Source of the DNA: Candidatus Omnitrophota bacterium
GTDB lineage: Bacteria > Omnitrophota > Gorgyraeia > Zapsychrales > Fredricksoniimonadaceae
Length of the DNA: 64,000 nt
Direction of reading: 5' to 3'
Assembly: GCA_903860135.1 (NCBI GenBank)
Contig: CAIOPG010000004.1
Location: forward strand, 272,648 to 336,647
Shown: positions 42,797-51,679 of the stretch, one piece after another
Layout of the letters: each line of letters begins with the position of its first letter
Position numbering within the stretch: position 1 is the first letter of the stretch
Notes under the pieces: model-generated
Told to the model about the DNA's origin: nothing
The model's database searches: none
The model's input: only the letters and a program-made list of their open reading frames with translations
Program-made: the position numbers and the translations under genes

Positions 42797-43768
42797 ATGA
42801 AGCCGCCATTTGATATTACCCTTAAAATTTTGAATCTTGCCACCGAGATCAGTGCCCTGGTTGGCCGGCTGGAAGGGGCGCGATTGAAGGTTCCTCTCGT
42901 TGATCTGCGGCGCCAGATTGATGCGTCCTCTGTTCATTCCAGCTGTGTGATCGAAGGTAATCGTTTGACGCTGGATCAGGCGACAGATGTGATCAGCGGT
43001 AAACGTGTTGTAGGTTCCCCCCAAGATATCCTGGAGATCAAGAATGCGCATGAGCTTTACGCGATGATTGAGGATATTGATCCCCGCCGTGGCAAAGACC
43101 TTTTGCGGGCGCATGGGGTGCTGATGAAAGGCCTTGGGGTGAGCGCAGGTCAATACCGACAGACCGGCGTTGTGGTCAGAAGTCAGCGGGTTGTGGTGCA
43201 TACAGCCCCGCCATACAGGAAAGTCCCGGAATTGATGGAGCAACTTTTTGAGTTCATCAATCACCCAGAGGGAATACATGCTCTGATCGCGTCCAGCATT
43301 TTTCATTATGAGTTTGAATTTATTCATCCGTTCGAGGACGGGAACGGCAGGATGGGCCGTTTCTGGCAAACCTTGATGCTGCGGCATGCCCAGCCATGTT
43401 TCAGTCTTGTGCCGATCGAGAGCACCATCAAGGATCATCAGCAAGCCTATTATGAGGCGATCGCGCGTTCGAGCAAGGAGGGGAAATCCACGGTTTTCAT
43501 TGAATTCATGCTCGGGGTTATTTTTGAAGCGGTGCAGGGCCTTGAGAAGCTTGCATCAGGTAAGGCAAAGCCTTCGGAGCGGATCGCGTTCATGATGAAA
43601 CATTGCCCCAGGCAGTTTACCCGCAAAGAGTATATTCAGCTTATTGGCGATATCGAGGCGCATACAGCCTCCAGGGATTTGAGCGAGGCGGTTGAACAGG
43701 GGCTGATCGTCATGAACAGCTCCCGCGCCAGGGCTGTGTATAGGAAAGTGTTAGATAGGAAGAAATAA
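42797..43768 (+). CDS. Fic family protein with a C-terminal HTH
   Basis: HPFEDGNGRMGR Fic motif; SSCVIEGN inhibitory-helix-like motif; TRKEY...TASRDL wHTH. Confidence 0.9.
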   Translation: MKPPFDITLKILNLATEISALVGRLEGARLKVPLVDLRRQIDASSVHSSCVIEGNRLTLDQATDVISGKRVVGSPQDILEIKNAHELYAMIEDIDPRRGKDLLRAHGVLMKGLGVSAGQYRQTGVVVRSQRVVVHTAPPYRKVPELMEQLFEFINHPEGIHALIASSIFHYEFEFIHPFEDGNGRMGRFWQTLMLRHAQPCFSLVPIESTIKDHQQAYYEAIARSSKEGKSTVFIEFMLGVIFEAVQGLEKLASGKAKPSERIAFMMKHCPRQFTRKEYIQLIGDIEAHTASRDLSEAVEQGLIVMNSSRARAVYRKVLDRKK

Positions 43769-43770
43769 AG

Positions 43771-43790
43771 ACAGTGTGTCCTGACTTTTT
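43771..43790 (+). repeat. cassette-end motif copy 1
   Basis: ACAGTGTGTCCTGACTTTTT, 2 nt after the fic stop. Confidence 0.75.
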
Positions 43791-43861
43791 AACCAACGGA
43801 CCTCGGCTACGAAAAAAAGATCCGTGACCGCCTGGAAGCGCTGAGGAAGCGGGCGGGGTAG
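43791..43861 (+). pseudogene. direct repeat copy 2: orphan rarA 3' end
   Basis: Encodes PTDLGYEKKIRDRLEALRKRAG*, versus ...EVLRKRAG* in rarA. Confidence 0.85.
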
Positions 43862-43914
43862 GTCTCGCGGAACAACAACTTGTCAAAGCCGGCGAAGCCT
43901 GCCATAATTTTAAT

Positions 43915-44214
43915 ATGACAACACAACAAAAAATCCTTCAACAATTTGATACGCACGAAGCTGACATCCGGTCTTTCGGTGTCAAACGCATCGGCCTTTT
44001 TGGTTCTTTTGCCCGGGGGCAGGAGAATACCCGGAGCGATCTCGACGTTCTTGTTGAATTTAATCGGGGGCAAAAGACGTTTGATCATTTCATGGATTCA
44101 AAGTTTTTCTTGCAGAAACTTTTTGGCAAGAAAATAGACCTTGTGCTCAAAGACTCTTTGAAGCCGTCCCTGCGGCAAAGAATTTTGAAGGAAGTGATTT
44201 GTGCGGGATTATAG
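43915..44214 (+). CDS. minimal nucleotidyltransferase (MNT) antitoxin-like protein
   Basis: GLFGSFARG...SDLDVLVEF, KIDLV; own promoter TTGTCA-17-CATAAT. Confidence 0.9.
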   Translation: MTTQQKILQQFDTHEADIRSFGVKRIGLFGSFARGQENTRSDLDVLVEFNRGQKTFDHFMDSKFFLQKLFGKKIDLVLKDSLKPSLRQRILKEVICAGL

Positions 44215-44219
44215 AAAAA

Positions 44220-44238
44220 ACAGTGTGTCCCGATTTTT
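44220..44238 (+). repeat. cassette-end motif copy 2
   Basis: ACAGTGTGTCCCGATTTTT, 5 nt after the MNT stop. Confidence 0.75.
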
Positions 44239-44310
44239 CCGATTTCTTAAATATGCATGTAGGGTCAGGTTTTCAACCTGACCATTTCTAATGTAATTGG
44301 AATAAAACAT

Positions 44311-45168
44311 ATGCCCCAACAAGCTATGCCGGAAACAAAAATTGCGATTTTCAGAAGGAAAGAGATCCGCAAGGCTATTCATAACGATGAGTGGTGGTTT
44401 GTGATCGTGGATGTGATCGCGGCATTGACAGATTCTGTTCAACCGGAGGGTTATATCAAGGATATGCGTCGTCGTGATTCGGAATTATCTCAAGGGTGGG
44501 GGCAAATTGCCACCCCCCTTTCTATTAAGACTCCTGGTGGTTTGCAAAGACTGAACTGCGCCAATACGGAAGGTGTTTTTCGGATCATCCAGTCGATCCC
44601 TTCTGCCAAGGCTGAGCCTTTTAAGAAATGGCTGGCGAAGGTGGGGTATGAGCGTATTCAGGAGATTGAGAATCCGGAATTAGGCACTAGGCGTACTCGG
44701 GCATTGTATAAGGCTAAAGGGTATTCGGATGACTGGATTGAAAAGCGGATGCGCGGGATCACTATTCGGGAAGAATTGACTGATCAGTGGAAAAAGCACG
44801 GCGTCAAAGGGGCCCGCGAATATGAGATCCTGACGGCGGAAATATCCCGGGCAACTTTTGGTCTGACGCCTGATAAATACAAGAAATTGAAAAGCCTTAA
44901 ACGAGAGAACCTGCGCGATCATATGACGGACCTTGAGTTGATCTTTTCCATGCTTGGCGAGGCATCAACGACGCAGATCACGAAGGTAGAGCACCCGGAA
45001 GGTTTTATTGCCAACAAGGCCGTGGCCGTTCGCGGTGGCAGTGTTGCGGGTATCGCCAGGAAGAAGCTTGAACAGGAAACGGGGCAGAAGGTTGTCAGTA
45101 AGATCAGCTATGTCCAGGTTCCGCAAAAGAAACTAATATCTAAGGTTTCCGTGTCAAAGCCTGCGTGA
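44311..45168 (+). CDS. Bro-N domain protein (phage antirepressor-like)
   Basis: WWFVIVDVIAALTDS, FRIIQSIPSAKAEPFKKWLA, NLRDHMTDLELIF. Confidence 0.85.
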   Translation: MPQQAMPETKIAIFRRKEIRKAIHNDEWWFVIVDVIAALTDSVQPEGYIKDMRRRDSELSQGWGQIATPLSIKTPGGLQRLNCANTEGVFRIIQSIPSAKAEPFKKWLAKVGYERIQEIENPELGTRRTRALYKAKGYSDDWIEKRMRGITIREELTDQWKKHGVKGAREYEILTAEISRATFGLTPDKYKKLKSLKRENLRDHMTDLELIFSMLGEASTTQITKVEHPEGFIANKAVAVRGGSVAGIARKKLEQETGQKVVSKISYVQVPQKKLISKVSVSKPA

Positions 45169-45177
45169 AGAAGTAAA

Positions 45178-45197
45178 ACCGTGTGTCCCGATTTTTT
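45178..45197 (+). repeat. cassette-end motif copy 3
   Basis: ACCGTGTGTCCCGATTTTTT, 9 nt after the Bro-N stop. Confidence 0.75.
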
Positions 45198-45364
45198 CTA
45201 CATCTTACTTTTCAGATCCTGGGGGAAATTGTTTCAAGAAGTTTCCAGTACGCCGTTGAAGATAGAATAGTTTATTTGACATATTTGCCAGTGCATTCAT
45301 ATCTAATAGAAGCATACAATTTAGTATCCTTTCATGCAGTATTATTATGTTCCCATCATTTACC

Positions 45365-45390
45365 GCAGGGGCGGGTTCTAAACCCGCCCT
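45365..45390. repeat. REP-like palindrome
   Basis: GCAG-GGGCGGGTT-CTA-AACCCGCCC; resembles GTAG-family REPs. Confidence 0.55.
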
Positions 45391-45516
45391 TTATGGTTAA
45401 CGCCTCGTGTTTGCCCGAGTTCAATGATTTCAAGGAAATTCTGCTATCGAAAAGGGATGGTTGATGATATTATAGGACGGTTTTTGAAGGTTTTTTACTT
45501 GTTATAGAAGGTATGT

Positions 45517-46077
45517 GTGTTGATTCCAACCAAAGATGAATTACGGCAGTTGATGCTTGGCCGCATTAAGGCACAAAAGGAGGCAGTCGCTTTATTCAAG
45601 AGCCAGGTCATTTGTGAGAAGGTTGTGGATTTGCCGGTTTTCAGGAGTGCACGGACGATTTTATGTTACGCGTCCTTTGGTGGCGAAGTGGATTCTTTTG
45701 CCCTGATGCAAAAGGCCCTGGACCAGAAGAAACGCGTGGCGTTGCCGCTGGTTAGGAAAGAAGATAAACGCATTATTGCCATGTTGATAAATTCCCTTAA
45801 CGGGCTTAAGCCGGGCGCTTACGGCATACCAACACCTGCGGATATCGCAGGGAATGCCGTGGCACCTGAAGAGCTCGACCTAGTCGTTGTGCCCGGAGTG
45901 GCGTATGATCGCCTGAATAACCGTCTGGGCCGCGGCGCGGGATATTATGACAGATTTCTTTCCGCATTGCCTGCTGCAACGCCGACCATCGGCCTCGCGT
46001 ATGATATCCAGATGGTGGATGTCTTGCCAAGGATCGAAGCGCATGACCGTCCGGTTTCGCTAGTTATCACCAATTAA
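45517..46077 (+). CDS. ygfA: 5-formyltetrahydrofolate cyclo-ligase
   Basis: DLVVVPGVAYD...RLGRGAGYYDRFL, EAHD. Confidence 0.93.
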   Translation: MLIPTKDELRQLMLGRIKAQKEAVALFKSQVICEKVVDLPVFRSARTILCYASFGGEVDSFALMQKALDQKKRVALPLVRKEDKRIIAMLINSLNGLKPGAYGIPTPADIAGNAVAPEELDLVVVPGVAYDRLNNRLGRGAGYYDRFLSALPAATPTIGLAYDIQMVDVLPRIEAHDRPVSLVITN

Positions 46078-46213
46078 CATCATCACGAAGCGCCCGGATA
46101 TTTCCGGGAGACACATGAAGAACAGCTTGCGCGCAACGCATCCGCTTTGAGGGTGTCGCCGCCATGCTGGATCAAACCAACCGCGTTGCACGCGATAAAG
46201 AAGGAGTTATTGT

Positions 46214-47785
46214 ATGGGCGAGAATGTGTTATTGAATATCCTGGTTTTTCTGGCCGTGGGCGGCGGGGCTTTTGCCGGAGGTTATTTTTTGAGCCGTTTT
46301 TTCAAGGGCCAGCAGTTTGCCAAGGTTGAGCAGGAAGCATCCACGATCCGCGATATGGCGCGCCGCGAAGCGGAAACGTACAAGAAAGAATCCGAGCTTT
46401 ACGCCAAAGATACGCTGTTAAAACTGCGGCAGGAATTTGAGCAGGAAAGCAAGCAGCGCCGCGAAGAACTTTCCACCACCGAGCGCCGTCTTTTGCAGAA
46501 GGAAGAAAACGTCGAAAAGCGCCTGGACCTCCTGGACAAGAAGGAAAAGGACCAGACGACCCGCCTCGATACCCTTAAGCAGAAAGAAACTGAAAACACG
46601 TTAAAGGCGGATGAGCTCACGAAGCTGATCCAGCAGGAGAAAGATACGCTTTTCCGCATTTCGAATTTGAGCCGCGATGAAGCCAAAAACATGCTGTTGG
46701 CGCGCGTGGATGAAGAGCTGGCCCATGAGAAGGCGGTGCGTATCCGTCAGGTCGATGAGGAGATCAAGGAGAGCGCGGACAAGAAGGCCCGCGAGCTCAT
46801 TTCGATCGCCATGCAGCGCTGTGCGTCTGATCATGCGGCCGAAACCACGATCAGCGTGGTGCAGCTGCCGTCAGATGAAATGAAAGGCCGCATCATCGGC
46901 CGTGAAGGGCGCAATATCCGCGCCCTGGAACAGGCTACCGGCGTAGATATTATTATCGACGATACGCCCGAAGCGGTGACCATTTCCGGTTTTGATATGG
47001 TGCGCCGCGAGATCGCGCGCATTGCCCTTGAACAGCTTATTTCTGACGGACGCATTCATCCGGGACGCATTGAAGAGGTGGTTGAGAAGGCCAAGAAGAC
47101 GCTCGATCAGAAGATCAAGGAAGAGGGCGAGCAGGCCGTATTTGAACTGGGTATCCACAACATGCACCCTGAACTCGTGAAGCTCATCGGCCGCCTCAAG
47201 TACCGCACGAGTTTTGGCCAGAACGCCTTGCAGCATACAAAGGAAGTGGCACGCCTCATGGGTGTCATGGCGTATCAGCTGGGCATTGATCCGCAGCAGG
47301 CCAAGCGCGCCGGTATCCTGCACGATATTGGTAAGGTTGTTTCAACCGAAGCCGAGGAGGGCACGCACGCGGTTGTCGGGGCGCGCCTCGCACGGAAATT
47401 TGGCGAGGTTGAGCTGGTGGCGCGCGCGGTTGAGTCGCACCACAATGAGGTTGAGGTAGCATCGGTATTTGGCGTGCTGGTGTGTGTGGCCGATACGGTG
47501 AGCGCGTCACGTCCGGGCGCCCGTGCGGAATCGCTTGAAACTTATGTCAAGCGCCTTGAAGGGCTTGAGAAGATCGCGTATTCGTTCAAGGGTATCGAGA
47601 AGGCCTTTGCCTTGCAGGCGGGCCGCGAGATCCGCGTCATGGTTGATCCGGCCAAGATGAACGACGATGAAGCCGTTGTCCTTTCGCGTGATATCAAAAA
47701 GAAAATCGAGGCCGAGATGGAATATCCCGGCCAGATCAAGATCCTGGTTGTCCGTGAAACACGCGCCATGGAGTATGCCAAGTAA
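46214..47785 (+). CDS. rny: ribonuclease Y
   Basis: N-terminal TM, coiled coil, KH (KGRIIGREGRNIR), HD (LHDIGK), SASRPGAR. Confidence 0.97.
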   Translation: MGENVLLNILVFLAVGGGAFAGGYFLSRFFKGQQFAKVEQEASTIRDMARREAETYKKESELYAKDTLLKLRQEFEQESKQRREELSTTERRLLQKEENVEKRLDLLDKKEKDQTTRLDTLKQKETENTLKADELTKLIQQEKDTLFRISNLSRDEAKNMLLARVDEELAHEKAVRIRQVDEEIKESADKKARELISIAMQRCASDHAAETTISVVQLPSDEMKGRIIGREGRNIRALEQATGVDIIIDDTPEAVTISGFDMVRREIARIALEQLISDGRIHPGRIEEVVEKAKKTLDQKIKEEGEQAVFELGIHNMHPELVKLIGRLKYRTSFGQNALQHTKEVARLMGVMAYQLGIDPQQAKRAGILHDIGKVVSTEAEEGTHAVVGARLARKFGEVELVARAVESHHNEVEVASVFGVLVCVADTVSASRPGARAESLETYVKRLEGLEKIAYSFKGIEKAFALQAGREIRVMVDPAKMNDDEAVVLSRDIKKKIEAEMEYPGQIKILVVRETRAMEYAK

Positions 47786-48558
47786 TGAAGGTCTTATTCC
47801 TGGGCGATATTGTCGGGAATCCCGGGCGGGAAGTTTTCGCCAAACATGTGCCGGCCATGCGCCGTAACGGCGAGGTGGATTTTGTGATCGCCAATGCCGA
47901 GAATGCGGCCGGTGGTTCCGGTATTACCGAGACGGTGGCGCGCGAACTCTTTTCGTTCGGCTGTGATGTGATCACGCTTGGGGATCATGTGTGGGACAAG
48001 CGCGAGGTGTATCCGTATTTAAATAGCGCCCCTCATGTGGTGCGGCCTGCGAATTTTGCTTCCGAAGCGCCGGGCCGCGGGATGTGTGTGGTGGATGTCA
48101 ATGGCACGCGGGTGGCGGTGATCACGCTCATGGGGCGTACGTTCATGAAGTTTCTGGTGAATTGCCCGTTCCGGGCGCTGGATGTCCTTCTGGGCGACCT
48201 GACGGGAGCCAGGGTGGTTGTGGTTGACATGCACGCCGAAGCGACCAGTGAAAAAGTGGCCATGGGTTGGTATGCCGACAGCAGGGTCAGCGCGGTCTTG
48301 GGGACGCATACGCACATTCAAACGGCCGATGAAAAGATCCTGCCCGGCGGGACGGCATATATAACGGATGCCGGCATGACCGGACCGTATGATTCTGTGA
48401 TTGGCCAAATCAAAGAGCGCATTGTTGCGCGCTACTTGACTGGGCTTCCGAATAAATTCGAAGTGGCCCCGGGCAAGGCCACGCTGTGCGGGGTGGTGGT
48501 TGACATTGATGAGACCACCGGTCGTGCGCGATCGATCGTGCGTGTTCAAAAAGATTGA
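47785..48558 (+). CDS. ymdB: YmdB-like metallophosphoesterase
   Basis: GDIVG, NAEN, DMHAEATSEK, GTHTH, GMTGP; follows rny. Confidence 0.93.
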   Translation: MKVLFLGDIVGNPGREVFAKHVPAMRRNGEVDFVIANAENAAGGSGITETVARELFSFGCDVITLGDHVWDKREVYPYLNSAPHVVRPANFASEAPGRGMCVVDVNGTRVAVITLMGRTFMKFLVNCPFRALDVLLGDLTGARVVVVDMHAEATSEKVAMGWYADSRVSAVLGTHTHIQTADEKILPGGTAYITDAGMTGPYDSVIGQIKERIVARYLTGLPNKFEVAPGKATLCGVVVDIDETTGRARSIVRVQKD

Positions 48559-48572
48559 ACAGAGGAGGTAAT

Positions 48573-48959
48573 ATGACCTGGGAAGGATTAAATCGCCGGC
48601 AATTTCCACGTGCTAATTTTCCGTGCCTGATCAAGATCGTGCATGACGGCCAGGGGGATGAGGCTATCCTGACGCATACGGAAAACATCAGCACCGGCGG
48701 CAGTTCGGTGATCATCAAGAAGTCCCTGGAGTTGTTCATGGCTGTCAAGGTTGAGGTTGATCTGATGGATGGCGGAGACATTGTTGCCAGCAATGCGAAG
48801 GTGGTATGGGCGGTGCGCCGGAAAGCGATCGAGGAGCAGAAGCCATCATTTTATGATGTCGGTTTGGAGTTTCTTGATTTGAATGAAGTGGCTCGTCAGC
48901 GCGTGGCCCGCACGGTTGAGCATTTGGTGCGTTTTGGTCGCCAGACACCTATGTATTAA
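48573..48959 (+). CDS. single-domain PilZ protein
   Basis: RRQFPR (RxxxR) and ENISTGG (NxSxxG); GGAGG RBS. Confidence 0.85.
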   Translation: MTWEGLNRRQFPRANFPCLIKIVHDGQGDEAILTHTENISTGGSSVIIKKSLELFMAVKVEVDLMDGGDIVASNAKVVWAVRRKAIEEQKPSFYDVGLEFLDLNEVARQRVARTVEHLVRFGRQTPMY

Positions 48960-48971
48960 AGAGAGGCGTAT

Positions 48972-50249
48972 ATGGTCAAGGTACGGTTTGCCCCGAGTCC
49001 GACGGGGAATTTACACATTGGTGGTGCGCGCACGGCTCTGTTCAATTGGATGTACGCCAAAGCCCAGGGCGGGCAGTTTGTTCTGCGGGTCGAGGACACC
49101 GACCTTGAGCGTTCCAAGCCTGCGTATGAGGCAGAGATATTGAACAGCATGGCCTGGCTCGGCTTGACGTGGGATGAGTTTTACAAGCAGAGTGAGCGGT
49201 TTTCTATTTACAGGGAACACGCCGAAAAGCTTGTGGCTGAGGGGCGGGCTTACCGTGATGGGACGGCCGTGCTCCTTACAGTTGACAAAAGTCGCGATAT
49301 CAAGTTCGACGATCTTATCCGTGGGCTTATCACATTCAATACTGATGAGATCAAGGATCAGGTGTTGATGAAATCCGACGGGTCGCCGGCCTACAGTTTT
49401 AGCTGTGTTGTCGATGACGCGCTTATGGGGATCACCCATGTCATCCGCGGTGAGGACCACATATCCAATACACCCAAGCAAATCCTGATTTATGAAGCCC
49501 TGGGGTTCAAGCCGCCCAAGTTCGGGCATTTGCCGCTCATTATGGGGGCTGACGGGGCACGTTTGTCGAAGCGTTTCGGGGCGGTGGCGGTCAGCGATTA
49601 CCGCGGCGAAGGTTTCTTGCCTGAAGGGCTCGTTAACTATCTGATGCTGCTGGGCTGGTCGCCGGGCAATCAGGAGATCATTGATTTAAAAAGTGCGTGT
49701 GCGAAATTCTCGATCAAGAAGGTTAATAAGACCGCCGCGCAGTTTGATATGGAAAAGCTCAAGTGGACCAATGCGCAGTACATCAAACAGGTCGACACCG
49801 CGGTGCTGACGGAGCTGATCATTCCCTTGCTCAAGGAAGAAGGTATGATCCTTGACGGGTACGACAAAAAGCGTATCGCTACGGCCGTGCATCTTTTTAA
49901 GTCGCGCATGGCGACCTTGCGTGATTTTATCGAAAGGGCAGGGTTTCTTTTTGTAAGGGATTTGCCCTGGACTGACGCGCTCAAGGCCGAACTTCGCGTG
50001 AAAGATCTGTCGCGGGAATTTCATATGCTCGCTGATCGCCTGACAATGGTTGAATCGTTCGATACCGCGACGGCCGAGCAGGTTTTCCGTGCCCTGGTGG
50101 CGGAGCTGGGTATTCCCAGCGGCGATCTGGTGCATCCGGTGCGTTTGGCCATCAGTGCCTCTGCGGTGGGTCCCGGACTTTTTGAGACGATGGCTGTTCT
50201 TGGCAAGGACTGGACGGTGGCGCGCCTGCGCGCGGCCTTTGATCTATAA
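48972..50249 (+). CDS. gltX: glutamate--tRNA ligase
   Basis: RFAPSPTG, HIGG, IRGEDH, RLSKR. Confidence 0.96.
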   Translation: MVKVRFAPSPTGNLHIGGARTALFNWMYAKAQGGQFVLRVEDTDLERSKPAYEAEILNSMAWLGLTWDEFYKQSERFSIYREHAEKLVAEGRAYRDGTAVLLTVDKSRDIKFDDLIRGLITFNTDEIKDQVLMKSDGSPAYSFSCVVDDALMGITHVIRGEDHISNTPKQILIYEALGFKPPKFGHLPLIMGADGARLSKRFGAVAVSDYRGEGFLPEGLVNYLMLLGWSPGNQEIIDLKSACAKFSIKKVNKTAAQFDMEKLKWTNAQYIKQVDTAVLTELIIPLLKEEGMILDGYDKKRIATAVHLFKSRMATLRDFIERAGFLFVRDLPWTDALKAELRVKDLSREFHMLADRLTMVESFDTATAEQVFRALVAELGIPSGDLVHPVRLAISASAVGPGLFETMAVLGKDWTVARLRAAFDL

Positions 50250-50324
50250 TCAGCAAGCTTTTTCTTTTGACAATTGGCGCTCTTGCCGGTATATTTGAGG
50301 CTCCTGAAAAGCCGCTCAATTTAT

Positions 50325-50395
50325 TGACCCGTTGTGTAATGGTAGCACGACAGCCTCTGGAGCTGTTTGTCTAGGTTCGACTCCTAGCGGGTCAG
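50325..50395 (+). tRNA. tRNA-Gln(CTG)
   Basis: Anticodon arm ACAGC-CTCTGGA-GCTGT; U1-A72 pair; upstream TTGACA-17-TATATT. Confidence 0.95.
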
Positions 50396-50488
50396 TTATT
50401 TCTTCCCTTCCGAAAAACAATCCAAATACCCGTTGTTATTATTATTTTGCCCGTGTATACTTTTGATAATTACTAAATTCCTAATGCA

Positions 50489-51607
50489 TTGATTTTGTCA
50501 AGTTTAATAAATAAGAGGGCGACATTGAGAAAAATCGCGCTGATCTGGCTGGTGCTGTGTTCGCTATTGACTGTTGCCGCGCGGGCAGAGGATTTCGGTC
50601 TTGAAGCGCAGATGGAGCCGCCAACGGCCCGGGCAGTCACGTTGCCGGGGCTGGTTTCCTCTGAACCCGTTGAATATGCTGAGGCACAGCCGGAGGCTGT
50701 GCGCAACAATGAGATCGCTTTTCAGATCGCCAGCTTTTTGTGTCAAACCGGAGACCGTTGGCCGAATAATTACGCCGCCGCTTATTCGTCATCGGATAAA
50801 ATGAGAAAAAGTGGCACTCTCATAGGTGTTGCAGGTGCCAAAACATGGCAATTTTATGAGCCGATCCATGCCTGGAGTGATGTGTCGCAAAGGGCATCGA
50901 TGCCGAATATTGTTAAAATCCAGGGGGAATTTTCCCAAGGGAATATGGATTACGATTCGTATGTGACGGGAAAAAAGAAGAGCTTTGATGTCAAGGAGCT
51001 TGACTTGCGCTTGTTGGCAGGGTATGCGATTGCCCTCAATGACCGGACGCTCGTCACGCCGTACGTCGGGATCGGTTACCGTTCATCGTCGAATAATGCG
51101 GGCGGTTATGTGGATTACTTTGTTTATGATTATGCAAAGTTTACAGTAAAGAATAATCTTTATTATCTTCCTATTGGTGTTGAAACGCTCACACGCTTGA
51201 ATGCGCAGTGGGATGTAGGTCTTAATCTTGAAGCGGATTGGGTCATCGGGGGTGATGTTGATTATTATCTGAATGAAATTGACGGGCTTTTCCCTATGGT
51301 AGATGTTAATACAGGCGAAGCCTTACAGGTGCAAACGCGAAAGGCTTCTTCACATTTGAATGGCGGGTTTGGTTTCAGGACATCAGTAAAACTTATTCGA
51401 AAGTTTGAGAAAATCAATTTCTTTGTTGAGCCTTATTTGAAATTTTGGAGTTTGAACAAGAGCAAGCCGACGGAGGCTCATGCCTATGCGGTTAATAATG
51501 GCAAGGATTATGTGTCAGTATATCCGGATAAGAATATTTACAAGCCGTTGTGGGAGGCGGATACGTATACGATTTATACGGGCTTGCGCATGGGGGTTCA
51601 GTTTTAG
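50489..51607 (+). CDS. outer-membrane beta-barrel protein
   Basis: Signal peptide, amphipathic beta strands (TPYVGIGYR, FVEPYLKFW), C-terminal GLRMGVQF. Confidence 0.7.
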   Translation: MILSSLINKRATLRKIALIWLVLCSLLTVAARAEDFGLEAQMEPPTARAVTLPGLVSSEPVEYAEAQPEAVRNNEIAFQIASFLCQTGDRWPNNYAAAYSSSDKMRKSGTLIGVAGAKTWQFYEPIHAWSDVSQRASMPNIVKIQGEFSQGNMDYDSYVTGKKKSFDVKELDLRLLAGYAIALNDRTLVTPYVGIGYRSSSNNAGGYVDYFVYDYAKFTVKNNLYYLPIGVETLTRLNAQWDVGLNLEADWVIGGDVDYYLNEIDGLFPMVDVNTGEALQVQTRKASSHLNGGFGFRTSVKLIRKFEKINFFVEPYLKFWSLNKSKPTEAHAYAVNNGKDYVSVYPDKNIYKPLWEADTYTIYTGLRMGVQF

Positions 51608-51679
51608 GAAGTTCAGCGTGTTCTGTAATCGTGTTGCGGTGTTATATGAAAGGTCTACTGTCTTTGATGTTATGCGTTC

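Noticed and set aside
43771-45197. Three repeats considered as a CRISPR array or integron attC sites
   Set aside because: They are separated by whole genes (0.45-1 kb), lack the palindromic attC architecture, and no cas or intI gene is in the window.
45183-45464. 93-aa ORF
   Set aside because: Starts inside the repeat motif, has no RBS or recognisable motif, and crosses the REP-like hairpin.
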